Source of the DNA: Trichoplax adhaerens
Taxonomy: Eukaryota; Animalia; Placozoa
DNA: 64,000 nucleotides
Reading direction: 5' to 3'
NCBI RefSeq assembly: GCF_000150275.1
Contig: NW_002060946.1
Coordinates: 8,089,554 to 8,153,553 of the forward strand
The notes beneath the pieces were generated by a model. That model made no database searches and was not told the DNA's origin. It was given only the letters and a program-made list of their open reading frames with translations. A program made the translations under genes and the position numbers. Numbering within the stretch: position 1 is the first letter of the stretch; each line of letters starts with the position of its first letter. Shown here one piece after another: positions 26,001-39,414 of this stretch.

Positions 26001-28173
26001 TTTTAGATAGAGTAAATTGAATACTTGATGGTTAGGACCATAAATAATTGTAATTTAAATCTGCATTCTACTGTATGATAAAACTCAAATATAAAGGATT
26101 ATTAATAACATATTATAGTTGTTGTGATTGGCAGTTGGATATCGAACGATAGTATAATAGATTTCACCTTTATGGTGACTACTCACTCAATTGCATCAGT
26201 CACATAATATCTAATTACTTTTATACCGTTGTATTTCTACCGAGTACATTAACTAGCAAGCTGATTATTTTAAATGTATAAGTAATCCAGTCATTTAATT
26301 TCTTCGATTGAATTCGGAATGAACTTTTTTATGGCAATTTTGAGTGCCGTACTCTTATACTAAAAAGTGCATTATTATATCAAATATCCTACTAATGATC
26401 ATACTATGAAGCAACAGTAACGTTATCGTAAACTTCTGTACAGAGAAAGACGGAAGAGATGATCAGCAAAATAATTATAAAATGACCTCAATTTATTATT
26501 CTGAACTGTTATTACATGTTATGTAACTGCATGCGTTGTGCTGATGTTATCCGTTATTTGCATTATACGCCGTTGTATACAATTACAACTGTGTAGCTGC
26601 AAGTTATGTAGAGGCATTATTGCTGATAATAAAATTCTATTCGGAGCTCAGCTTCTGTCGTATACCGTTAACTTAATTTTATCATCTGTCAAGGCAAAAG
26701 AAAAAATTCCACTTGTAAATACCGTCTATGATTTGCATCTTTACATTATATAGGAAACAGAAATTGTAATATCATGTAACTATGTGCAGTATACGCATAT
26801 ATGTATGTGTGTATAACATATGTGTCTGTCCGCAAGTCCCTTTACAGTATTTAGAATTAGAATCAACTAGTAGAACCCCGCTCGTTATACTTTGCGTATT
26901 GTATGTACTTGTACTATTTGCCTTATAATTGTTTACCGCCCCTCCAGATAAAACTGTCTAAACTAATGATCTAATTTCTGTCCTAACCTTTAAATTGCAA
27001 AAATTCTATAACTAATTTGTACTACCAGAGTGTAAAAATTAGTACGTGTTAAATGTGACTGAAGTTAGTTTAAACCCAAGTGAGAGAAGACTTTTACCTG
27101 TAAGCCAAGCAAATTGAAATCCATCATATAATTTTGAAAATATATGTAAGTACATTATATTGATGCCAGAACCGTAAATGTATATCATTTAACGTCAACA
27201 AACACTAAAAGGGTTTCAGTGATCAAAAAATGCCAAACTAAGGACCCTGCTAATAAGTACGACCATAACACATAATATCGAAAATCTTCAAACACAACAT
27301 AACCAATACTATCCACATATTCATGTAGACCACTAGAAGTAATCCGATAAAACATCAGCGTTAACGTTATGGCTGCCACGTCTATAATTAATGCAAATAT
27401 TAAATATCAAAATTACCTCCAGCAATCGATCAACAGTAAGGTGGCAGGCAATGAACTAGTGTAATATAAACTGCATAGGCACAAAAAAGCTATATTTGAG
27501 TATAGTAGGAATAGACTGTAATGTAAAGCTATCTAGTACTGTATATTCAGTGCAATACAAAATGTCTATATTTAAGAATATGCTAAAGACAGGAGTGAAG
27601 TCGAAAAATACTACAGTATGAATATACTACAAATATAAATATACTACAGTATTCCCGAATTAGTGTTATAGAACATGTAATTGCGCTTGATCTTGCCCCT
27701 GGTTCCTTCCCCATCAAAAGGCTTTGTTATGCTGATTTTGTAGAAAAGTTATACTAGTGGATGGTAATTTAATGTTATTCTTATGCTAACTATTATTCTA
27801 TTCTGTAATAAAGGGTATAATGTATAATTGCCAAATTAAAATTGGAAACAGTATAATAATAAGGGTAATAGGTTTCTATAAGGCTGATAATTAGTGAACG
27901 GTACACATTACGATACATCTATTTCATTTTTTAGCACTAATTAAACCTAATGTTAAAAATTAATAGAAACCGGTAGTTGAAATATAGATCATATGACAAT
28001 CTAATAAATGAACTATAGCTTATTTATGCAACAGCATTAATAGAAGTCATCTACTGTATCTGGAATAAAACTTGACTGATTCGTACTTTAAAATAGTGTA
28101 AGAAGGAAGGAGTAGTGTCATAGCATACAGTGTTTAATGTTAAACTTATTGTAATACATTTAGAATATAAGGT

Positions 28174-30105
28174 ATGGCAGATAAACCATCAAAATCAACT
28201 ATCCCTCAGCAAATACAATCTCCATTTGAGATAGGCAAGAAAGATTACGAGACTGGCAATTATAACGAGGCACTCTCTCATTTGACCCAAGCACTTGATC
28301 AAATTCCATCAATATCAAACCCTTCCGCTGATCTTGACCATCTTCAATGCGATATTTATCTTTATATTTCTGATATCTATATCAGACAAGGTGATCTTGT
28401 AAAAGCAGATGAGTTTAGCCAGAAAGCACTAAAACTGGCTAATCAACTACAAGATCAAATAAAATTTGCTCGATATTTAGATAAACAAGGCGGTATTAAA
28501 AAACTACAAGGTAATATCAGCGAGGCCTTAGAGGATTACAAGAAATCACTTGAAATTAAGCAAAAATACATGAAAGACGAAGAATTAGACGTCGCTCATT
28601 CGTATACTAACATTGGGAATATCTATTTTAGCCAGGATAAATTTGATGATGCACTGTCTATGTTTCAAAAATCGCATAAAATCTTAGTAAAGCTGTTTGA
28701 TCATAATCATGAGCATGTTGCTACAGCATATAACAACATGGGAAGTGTGTATGGCTTACAAGGCAAGTATAAATATGCTCGTTCTATGTTTGAAAAATCT
28801 CTTCAAATCAATTTGCAAATACTGGATGAAAATGATCCTGAACTTATAGCAACTTATATGAATATTGGTAATGTTGATCGGAGCCAAGGCAAATATAATG
28901 ATGCTGTTTCTATGTATAACAAAGCTTTGAAAATAGCACTACAAAGGTTTGGTAATGATCATGTTCAAGTTGCTCAGTTATATAACAATTTAGGGATTGT
29001 TCACGATCAGCAAGGAAAATACGATGAGGCTCTTTCTACACACCAAATGGCGCTTAAAATTAGACTGAAATTATTTGACGAAAATCATCCTGATGTTGCC
29101 CAATCTTACCAAAATATAGGAAATATATACAGTGATCAAGGCAAATATAAGGAAGCTCATTCTATGTATGAAAAGTCGCTGAAAATTGGCTTGCAAATAT
29201 ACGGTGAAAATCATACTGTTGTTGCTAATGCTTATAATAACATTGGAATGTTGCAAGCTCAACAAGGCAAATTTCAGGGTGCTGTATCAATGTATTATAA
29301 ATCACTTCAAATTCGAATGCAACTATTTGGCGAAAATCATTCTATCGTTGCTCAATCCTATGAAAATCTGGCAACTACTTATACTGAGCTGAATGAGATT
29401 GATCTTGCTCTTCGTTTGCATGAAAAATCACTCCAAATTTATTTGCATGCACTCGGTAATAACCATCCTAATGTTGCTAGTTCATGCCTCAACATTGGCA
29501 ATGCCTATAACCATCTTGAGCAATATGATGAGGCTCTTTCTATGTATAGAAAAGCAGTAGAAGTTTACATACAAGTACATGGCGATCATCATCCTGATGT
29601 TGCTACTGTTTGGAATTGCATTGCTAGCGTTTACAATCTGCAAGGCAATTATGATGACGCTCTTTCGACGTATAAGAAATCGCTTGAAATTACTCTGCAA
29701 ACGCATGGCGAAAATCATCCTAGCACATCCTTGTTATATTACAACATTGGGACAGCCTATGATAGTCAAGACAAATTTGACGAGGCTCTTGATATGTATG
29801 AAAAGTCGTTAAAAATTGATTTGGAGGTACTGGATGATAGTCATTCTCGAGTTGCATCGGCATACAAAAGTATTGCGGGCATATACGATACTCAGTCGAA
29901 ATTTACTGAAGCTATATCAACGTACGACAAAGCTATTAGTGTCTTGATTAATGTTTACGGAGAGAATGATCCAGAAATTGCAGAGTTATATGAAAATATC
30001 GCAGTAATTTATAAACAACAGAATCTCCTTGAAGACGCAGCTGCTATGCAACAAAAGGCGGATAATATTTATAGCAATCTACCTGGGGAAAACTCTACTG
30101 ATTAA
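28174..30105 (+). CDS. Tetratricopeptide-repeat protein with 42-aa (kinesin light chain/NPHP3-type) repeats, 643 aa
   Basis: Tandem 42-residue units such as HPDVAQSYQNIGNIYSDQGKYKEAHSMYEKSLKIGLQIYGEN; single coding exon. Confidence 0.92.
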   Translation: MADKPSKSTIPQQIQSPFEIGKKDYETGNYNEALSHLTQALDQIPSISNPSADLDHLQCDIYLYISDIYIRQGDLVKADEFSQKALKLANQLQDQIKFARYLDKQGGIKKLQGNISEALEDYKKSLEIKQKYMKDEELDVAHSYTNIGNIYFSQDKFDDALSMFQKSHKILVKLFDHNHEHVATAYNNMGSVYGLQGKYKYARSMFEKSLQINLQILDENDPELIATYMNIGNVDRSQGKYNDAVSMYNKALKIALQRFGNDHVQVAQLYNNLGIVHDQQGKYDEALSTHQMALKIRLKLFDENHPDVAQSYQNIGNIYSDQGKYKEAHSMYEKSLKIGLQIYGENHTVVANAYNNIGMLQAQQGKFQGAVSMYYKSLQIRMQLFGENHSIVAQSYENLATTYTELNEIDLALRLHEKSLQIYLHALGNNHPNVASSCLNIGNAYNHLEQYDEALSMYRKAVEVYIQVHGDHHPDVATVWNCIASVYNLQGNYDDALSTYKKSLEITLQTHGENHPSTSLLYYNIGTAYDSQDKFDEALDMYEKSLKIDLEVLDDSHSRVASAYKSIAGIYDTQSKFTEAISTYDKAISVLINVYGENDPEIAELYENIAVIYKQQNLLEDAAAMQQKADNIYSNLPGENSTD

Positions 30106-31009
30106 GGAGTTACATACGTATTGTCCTAAGCTATTAATTATTCGAAAATTTTATTTTTCTATACTACGATAGGATTGTTAGGTACGGTATTATTTTCATG
30201 TACTTTTTATGCATATAGGGTTAATAAGGAGATATTGTACATCTAAAATAGGGTCCTATCCCAGTTTGGCACGTTTATGAAGATGATACATGAAGGACCG
30301 TAAAAACTTCGATAAATCTTGCTAGATTGAAAGCGGTATAACTCTAGCAAGGTGTCGCTTTAATCTATTTTGCACGATATGTCAACAGATACTGCAGACG
30401 ATGAGTGAATACGCTACAAAATAGGAGTTTAATGTAAATCTGTTGCGTTATTAGTAATATATAATGCACAATAGTAGCATATTCTCAAAATTAAGGTACT
30501 CGTAATTTATAACAGTAAAGGTTAGCTAGAAAGCTTCTGTAAAGCTGACTAGTGCCTAACGTATTTTGTTTAATTTCGATCAAATCTCCAGGACATTTTA
30601 AATTTTCGGAGATTAGTTTATTAATGAAAAATGACCGCAAGGTTACTAACTATAACAAAGACTCAATCATGAATTGCTATCTAATCAAATTTATGAATTT
30701 TTTTTGCTGGCATACAGTTGTCGATGTCTTGTTAATAATTATTATTTATATTATATCAAGTAATAAACCTATTGCTAACTCCTATATTCTTCGTATATAT
30801 ACAAAATAAACAATCGCTAATCTTTAGCGTTCCTTATTACTATTCGTTAACGGTATTTGATTGCTGGGAAGGTTTTTAAGGATTGGCAATGCTGAGAATA
30901 TTCACGAAGGGTAAATATTATTCTAACTAAGCCAACAATCAATAAATAGGGCAATACACGTATACTGCCAATATCTGCGCAATAAAGATTCAGTATAATC
31001 CCTTGGGAA

Positions 31010-34000
31010 TCAATCGTCCGAAACTTTGCGTTTCCGAGATCTCTTCTTAACTTCATCGCACAACTGATTTGTTGCATCAATAGCAGATCTGCCTTCACCA
31101 TTTCGTAGAAAATTTACTACACGACGCAATCGTTTGCTTCTGATAATCGCAGGTTGAGGATTATGTATGATAGGAAAATATTGACCTAATTCATTTTGCT
31201 AGAAATTTAAAATTAATCCATGGTTAATAGCAATGACCTGATTACCATGGATTGGTTGTCACAGTTGCAATGTTACTTAACTCACCTTCGAATCTTCCCG
31301 ACGGTTGAACTTTTTAAGTAAAGGCAACAAAATGTCATCGGTTTTAGACTGTGACCAATAGAATTTTGCATGGGTAAATCTGTAATATACGCATAAATGC
31401 ACAAAATAGAGACTTTGATCTCCACCAATACTTTTTTGGCTACTTAAGTAGAGATATACTAGTAAGCTTAGAATAATAACGTAGCTTACTCTCGTAGTCC
31501 AGCCAGGTCAGGCATTCCCCATTCAAACGCTCCTTTTGAATGATCAACCGTAGGATTTAAGTAGGCGTCTTTAATTCTAGCATCAGGGAAACTATCACGA
31601 AGATCTAACTTTCTCTTTTCGAAAAAGAAAGAACGAATATAACTGCAATCGCCAGCTTAAAAATACAGTTTATAGCGTAAGGTTTACCAATTTCGGCACA
31701 TATCCTTGAGTTTTATCGATTGATCGCTTTTTCAGATCAGAAACTCTTTCTCTGAAAAATTAAGGATATCTTTATTTTAAAGTTCTGACTTTGGTAGAAA
31801 TATTGCTTTTTACTGAGCTAGTTTATTGTTGTTGAAATTATATAATGTAATGATCGGTTAAGTAAACCACTACATTACATTAATTTAATCTTATACACCT
31901 AATTTTATCTTATACTACGGATAGAATGCATATTGAGAATAATTGTAACGAATGCTTTAATTGTTTTTACTTTATTTTTTGCAATCCTGTCAGGTCGTCA
32001 CCAAATGTACTAAGAAGTTCCATAGCCATCACAATTCCAACATCTATGATAAATATAATATAGTTACATAAAGTAAAGATAATTAAAAGGTATAGATACT
32101 CGTATAAAGAGATAGAATGAAGCTACGTTACTTTTAATTCCGTCGGTGTAATCGCTGCCAAGTAGATAAGCTAAAGTAATCATCTTTTTACGATCAAGAC
32201 CTGCAAGATAGTGCGCGTATAGTTTGACATTAAAAGTCAGCTATAGGTTCATGCTTTATTTTTATGAATAAATTCGTCTTCTAATTAGCTCAACGTACCC
32301 ATAAGCCTCTGAATTCTCTGAGAATCGTAAAATTCTGCAAGTTTACTTTCTCTAAAGACGTATCTGTAAATATTGCGCCCTCCAAAAAGGAAGATATCGC
32401 TATCATCTGTAATTGTTCCATCGGTTTGGTTGGTAAAATCTAATACAGCACACTGGGCCTCAGCTTCCATTGGACTTACAATGTATGGAATACCGAATAG
32501 ACTGAGAAGTTCCTTTGATGTTTTCAAAAAGAAATAGTTGCATAGCTATCAAGCATATGCCCGTTCAAAATGGTTCATTGAAAGCATTATGGAATTTACC
32601 TGGCATTCAGAATACATTTCGTTGGAAACAGAAGCAGCCATTCTTTCTTGCCTTTTATGTTCTTGAATAAGCGAAGTTTGCTGTTCTTCCAAGCTACGTT
32701 GGACATCTACTAATTTTGACTAATAATGATAAATAGTGGCAAATTAAAGCACGCAATACATAAATTTTGTTCACATTTTTCGTTCTAAAAATACCATATT
32801 TGCTCCATCCCATTCCGACACAGTTTCCACAAGCCAATCTTCAACTTCAGCCTCACTATCACCTGCTTCGTCATCTTCAGCTACCTCCTCGTATACAATT
32901 TCTGTTTTGATTTCATCCTTTTTCCCTGGAGACTTGGCTGCGTTTTCTTGGCTGCCCTCTGCTTGGGTTGGATGTAATTCTTCAAGAACTTTACGATAAG
33001 GTTCGTCAGATACTTCAATAAAATCATCTACATATTTATTAAAAGAGCCATACCACATACGCTCATTAGTGCTAATACAGCCAATACTAAACAATATTCA
33101 GACAGATGTAATTTACCTTCACTCTCACTGTTACTTTCGACGACTGGCGCATTGTTCGAATTATCCTTCGTGACTTTTTCAATACTCAGATCATTTGATG
33201 GCGGTAGCTGTTCTTCTTGTATACACCGTATATCATCCTCATTGCTAGTAGCAGCTTTTCCTATTTCCGCTATTGCTTCATTATTATACGTTTGAAAAGT
33301 AATTTCTTTGTCTGGGTTTTCAAATTCTTCACTTTGGGATTCTTTCTGTTCAAAATCACTTTGAAGTACATTTGATGGTTGCTGTGAATCTTCTGCTACC
33401 TCAATCTTAATTTCAATTGGAGACAGTTGTGATTTTTTATCTATCGAGTCGATATTGACACTATCGCTAGATTTGTCTACATTCTGTAATTCTTGATATG
33501 AAGACGTATGAGGCTCAAGGGATATGTTTTCTCTTTGTTTATCCTTAGATTGATTCAGTACCGATGGTGTACTTGTATCCTTCATAACTAAGTTAGACTG
33601 ATAACTGGAAGCATTTTTATCGGATTGCATGGCTAAGTCCATATATTCAACATTGTCATTCCGCTGAGGCTGGTTTTTCACCAGTAAATAATGAGTAGCA
33701 TCTTCGGATACAACACGCCGTGACTCGAGACTTTCTAATTCGAACATGGTTGATATATCTCCAGAATCAGCATTATTCAATTGTCGCCTAATATTATCGA
33801 GCTGGCGCGTTAATCGACTACGTTGCATTAAATTACTTAGTTGATAGCTTGAGAAATCTTTCGATTCTTGCGGTAAATCATCCATTCGTACCATTGAATA
33901 ACTTTTATAGGATGACTGAACTTCTAAGACAACTTCATATTGTATTTCAGGCGGTAAAGCCTTAAATTCGTCTGAATTAACGTCAAGTTGGCTTAAATCG

Positions 34001-35838
34001 CCGTAAACATGATGCAGGTGTTGCTTCATTTCAATTCTTTTATCCCACGTTACTTGTTCTGAATTGTCTTGATCCTCCTCCTTAACGGCACTGATACTAC
34101 AAAGAGATAATTGCATTAGATGATCGTCCGCTACTATACGCGTAATAAATATAAAAAATTCTCTATACGATAATTCGTAGATAGTTTTATATTTTTGTTA
34201 GTCCACCACATTATACAATACATTTCAACGGTATCACAGTATATGTGCTGCCCATGATTTTATTTATCTATGTAGTAATTTGACTTCAATAGACTATTAA
34301 AGCCAATTTCTTTTGCTTAAGGTTGATTCTATCATAATACAGTAAACAGTGTCGTATAGTAAGTCTCCTATGCAGTATACTGTAATGTGATAACTGTACA
34401 TGATATTATATTTGAGTAGCAAGCCATCGCTCAATTGATCTCTTTTAAGATTCTGTTATTTAGTATCACTTACAAAGCCTTGGCTTTGCTAGATACACTA
34501 AACATGATAATTCATTGTAAATTATGATCAATCAATGTAGATAATTAGTCTATTTTACAAGTGTAATCGACACTATTCGTATTCCTATTGAGTAGACCCA
34601 TTTGTTTCGGGCATGTCATGTTTAACATCTACTTTTCTAGTAAGTTAATTTTGTGTACCACGACACTAGAGATGTTATTATGATCTGTCCTATTCAAAAC
34701 ATACTTTAGCAGTAATCAGGTTATGGCTGTAATGCATCAATTTTTGTTATTTAATGTTCAAAACATTGAGACAATAGACAATAAAGTTCCTGAAAGTTAT
34801 TTTTCTATCATTACAGTAGATACACATTCTACTACGATTTTTACCCACAAACTAATGCACTATATTAAGTTTAATATAAATCCAATGTCTAAGAAAGGGC
34901 CAAGGCTTGACATGTGGATGATTAAACAGTATATCAAGTATTGAAATAGGCAATCAATCTCGCAGTCAATGGAATAGCCCTAAAATAGTCGTTTACATTT
35001 ATCGATTACCTGCTATCATCGGTTGAACTACTAGGTATTGGTGGTAATTCAAACATGTTGGAATGGATAACTTTTGCGGTCTTGATTGGATTATTTCGAT
35101 CTGTTTTACCGGTGACACCACCTAAGGCGCGCTTTTTCATGTAATTTTGCAAGATTGTTCGAACTGTTTTCTCATGCTTGGCTACAGCTAATTCATGTCG
35201 TTGTCTCCTATTGGCCTAATGAGGATTTCATGATTGATAAAAATAAACATTGCATGTGAGAACAAGATTTATTTTATGCGGCTATTTTAGACTGTTTGAT
35301 AGTAGGCTAATCTTTGTATGATGATCGTACTATCGTTTGCTTCTTTAGCAGAGGTACACCACCATCGAAAACAAATACTGGACGGATTTTAAAGAATAAG
35401 AGCTTGCACAGACGATAGAATAGGCCCAATAAATGGGCATTTTCTATTAAACTCCCTTGATGATCTCTCATCCCTCGTAAACTTTCATTGAGCCATAAGC
35501 TAATATCTGTAAAATACGACAATCGCTTATCATCAATACCAATGATGTAGAATGAATTGATTAGTTGATGGGAATACTACACTTCTGCATCTTAATACGC
35601 GTAATTATTATTTCCAGTTGATTCCTTTGCTGAATTACTGTTGGCAATCCATTGATAGGAAATACTTATTCCTGTACAGTCGTTGTATTTATAGCTTGAT
35701 ACATAGGCATGGCTTGAATATAAAATTTATTTCTATTGACTTTAACTCACCTACAGCCAAGATCTTATTCTCTAGCGATTCGAGAGTAATCGGCTGTCCA
35801 GCCGATTCCAATAATTTCCATAAGCCTTTGACTCCCAT
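31010..35838 (-). CDS. ERCC5: XPG/Rad2 structure-specific endonuclease, multi-exon
   Basis: [29 protein letters not shown]|[34 protein letters not shown]-like [37 protein letters not shown] and [10 protein letters not shown]. Last exon has a PIP-box-like QNELGQYF and basic KKRSRKRK; stop at 31010-31012. Confidence 0.95.
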
Positions 35839-36613
35839 TGGCGTGTAGGATTAGACCGTCTTATTTTGGCCAGCTACAAGTATCGAGTACAACTTACTGC
35901 ACAGAATGATTCCCTTGTCTAATCTCCTAATCACTTAAGGATTGTTATCATCACTGATAGATAGCCTAACTATCCATCTATTGGTAGCATTTCCAATGGA
36001 ATGATTGCCTTGCAATGGCTTCCACCATTTCGAATATGCTCGATGCTTGCAATCCAGGTTTGTATGAAAAGTATCCTAGTTTCAATCATGTTTATACATG
36101 TTGAGTACAGGAAAGATTCTGTCCGTCTGCGTTTTCATCTCCCTCAATCAAGTCGAAAAAACCAGAGGTAGTACTGGGACTATAGCCAAATACCCTTATT
36201 CTACTCAGGAAGGATGCTAGTATGCAAAGGTGCCTTCCAAAATAGTCACCGAGAATTTAGTCATGAAGCTAATAGTGGAATACACTACTCATTGCTGCCT
36301 GCAAGCAGCCAAGTCTATCGAGTAGTATTAACTCTTACTATATTATTAGAGCCGAAATGAGGAGGCCTCGCTCCGTTTAATCGAGGGCAAGCTGTTGCAA
36401 TAGTAACTAGAATTGAAATAATCCTGCTCGACAGGGCTAGTCTGGGACTAGTACAGCATGGTATAGCTAGGGATAGATAGTATTATACAAGGAAAATTTG
36501 TTCATTTTCCCTTAAAATTCATTGAAATAATAATGAATCGCGTTTTAGGAAAACGCAAACGAAAAGACGAAAAGACCTTCCGTCATCGCTTTAGTCGCCA
36601 TAGAAATGCAAAA

Positions 36614-36830
36614 GTGTACAGAGATCTGGACGACAGTACACCAGACCACGGCCCTGTACAGTGTACAGTGCCGAGATTTTCTTTGCACTGTACTATACTG
36701 TACTGTAGTACAGTATTCAGTACAGTACCGTACAGTACCAAGTCAGAACTTCTGCATACTGTACACTGTACAGTGTGAGAAGCCTCTGGTACAGTACAGG
36801 CCGTACCGTACCGTACCGCACCGTACCGTG
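36614..36830. repeat. GTAC-rich low-complexity tract (tgtacagt/actgtac/ccgta units) in a bidirectional promoter
   Basis: Dense GTAC cores, e.g. ctgtactatactgtactgtagtacagtattcagtacagtaccgtacagtacc and ccgtaccgtaccgtaccgcaccgtaccg. Confidence 0.75.
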
Positions 36831-36938
36831 ACATCAGGTGATGACGAATACGCTAGCTTGCCTTACCAATCTCATCACACATTGCCTCAGCTTGTGCAGC
36901 GCATGGTGGATTAGAAATGCTGCCATTAACCACTCAAC

Positions 36939-37377
36939 ATGCTTGGTTTATTAATCAAAGTGGTGGCTTTCTCGTTGTCTAAGAAGGCTGCAGTTTATTT
37001 ATTAGGACGTGTAAGTAGTTCTTGTTGTGCTATTGAATCGTTGATTGTATGCGTACGGTCGAATTACAGATGGTCAGGGCGTCATGTTGTAGTCTAGTGG
37101 CTAGCTAGCGGAAGTGGCAAGGTCGCAAGGATGCGGATCTGATCGATCAGCTCGACTTCTTGGATGCCAATTCGTTAGCCTTCGGAGAGGAAAGGGACTG
37201 TACTCACATTCTATCTTCTTTTCATTAATTTAGGCTTACGGTTATCCGCGACTCTATAAGCGTATTATCACCATTAGCAATAGGTTGATTCAAAACCCTC
37301 AGAGAAGAGTCTCCATTCGAAATGGTGTCAAATATATCTTTCGATTGCCCAATCGATTATTGCCAATATTAAGGTAA
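36939..37377 (+). CDS. Two-exon basic microprotein, 71 aa (MLGLLIKVVAFSLSKKAAVLLLGR|AYGYPRLYKRIITISNRLIQNPQRRVSIRNGVKYIFRLPNRLLPILR)
   Basis: ATG at 36939 in context caacATG; donor CGT|GTAAGT at 37011; pyrimidine-rich acceptor tttag ending 37233; phase-0 join stays open to TAA at 37375-37377. Confidence 0.7.
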
Positions 37378-39414
37378 TCATCTTGAAATGGATAGATCCT
37401 TATTCTTGCTATCATCTTTACTTTCAATCGGATACCGTTCTACTGTCTAACATATTGCCTGTTTCCAATGATTCAGAGGTAGAGATCATATCAAACCTTT
37501 GCCTAAGAAGCCATCATGACCTCACTGCATCGTCTATTCCTGGCTTAACTGTTCTTATTTATTGGCATACAAATGAGGTACAACAAGGCAAAGGACTACT
37601 TATACCACTGTAGCTTATACGTTTTAAAGACATAAATAAGCATGTAAAATACGTTAGAGAAAGTAGCATAAAGCTGTTATTATTTATAATTATTTGGGGA
37701 TGATCAATCTCAACGGTAGCATTAGCATTCAATTTTCAAGAAAATACTCGTATTATTGAATATTGCAATCATTTTCGACTTCAAGAATTTGCCCAATTCC
37801 ATTAACGACTCTTCTACGCTATGTACAATATGATCAGGATGGATAACCTGTAAAGATACACCTTCGTTCTAGCGCAGGAAATCTTAATGATAGCTCTTTA
37901 TTGCCATAGTGCAATCATTTATAGACAAATGTCCCAGCATCGAGTAGCGATTGTCTTTGGTAAAAGGTTATTTCATCACAAAAAATGCTTACTGGATATG
38001 ATATTAGGAGCAGTGAAACTTGGCGACCCAAATTCTCGTTAATCAAAGTCTGTAAAGTGCAATAACTGAATCAATTTCTCCGTTAGTGTTCACGAATTCT
38101 ACCAATGCGCCTGTAAATTTCTCCCCCTTATTTATGTCAGCTTTGACAAATTACTGATGCCGTTCTATAATTGTAATGAATAGGTAATGATATACTACGC
38201 TGATATCAAATACATGTGTATATAAATTCTATTAGATATAAAAGTTGTTTTATGGTAGACCAGTTACTAACGGAGCCACGCTCCTACAGCTCTCATTCAG
38301 AAGATTAGCGATAAATAGAAAACGGTTTTTAGAAGATATTTTTAGTTTTATTCCCTAAATTCATTTGTTATTTGTCCTATTTATTTTCCTAATGGATAGG
38401 AAAAGGTTTTTCTTGAATTGCAGTGTCTAAAATTGTTATTGCAGGTGTAAAAAATCCGTGTACTTAAAAATATACTGCAGATAAACTATGCTTTATGGTA
38501 TGACATGTTGACACTTTTATCTTTCGTAATTAAAAACCTTAAGCCTGCTGGAAATCAACATCCTTTTTAGATCATGTCCGCAATTAAAAAATATCAATAA
38601 AGATGTTTCTAAAAGTGACGTAATTATATCTTAATGACTAAATTGCACGTAATAGAATAGATACTTTTTATAAGATAGTGAAACTACAAGTTGAAGAAAT
38701 TGACTGGATTAAGGTATAAAAGCAATTTTATTACAGATTAACATACAGCTGAATTACAAGACCATACTATCAATAGATAAGTTTAGTCCATCAGATATGC
38801 GTTAAGGAAGGAGCAATTAATCTATTATGTATAGCAGGATTAGTGGTAGTTAATGTGAACAATTATATTCCAAGAATAAAATAAACGTAAAAATTAAACA
38901 TTAAGTTGGCTATTTACTATTTTAATATGATGATGAAATCCATAGTAGACGAGAAAATAGCCTTGTTATTCATCACGTAATGTCCGATAATTTCTAACAC
39001 CACCGTTAGCGCTAATGTTTGTGTAAGAATCAATGCATTATTACCATTACAACGTATGGTGCATTAATATTTATGTATTATTTTGCAATTATTATGGTTA
39101 TGGTACGATTAGTTCGTCAACTTAACTTTAATTCTAAAATTTACATTTCAAATGGGTTGATAAAGATCAGTCCATGTCATACTTGCTCTTCAAAGGCAAA
39201 TACTTAATTAACTTGCATAACCTCGATAAACTTATTAAAATTTTTCTAAATTGAAGCTTCTAAGGTTATCAATTTTAAGTTAGCCGAATATTTTAAAAAT
39301 GTATTTAAAATTACAGAATGAGTTAGATTTGATATCTTCATAATAATTTTTTTTCCTAGCCATGATTATATGTTAATTTAAGCTCTTATAAGGACAATAA
39401 CTGTCCATGACAGA

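Noticed and set aside
27185-27470. Hydrophobic 64-aa minus-strand ORF with nearby splice-like sites
   Set aside because: GTG start; the implied intron is only ~35 nt and phase-incompatible; no recognisable family. It could be a relic but is unsupported.
30847-31101. 84-aa minus-strand ORF
   Set aside because: Alternative frame overlapping the last XPG exon and its 3'UTR.
36533-36914. Three overlapping ORFs rich in TVQ/YST
   Set aside because: They are by-products of the GTAC low-complexity tract.
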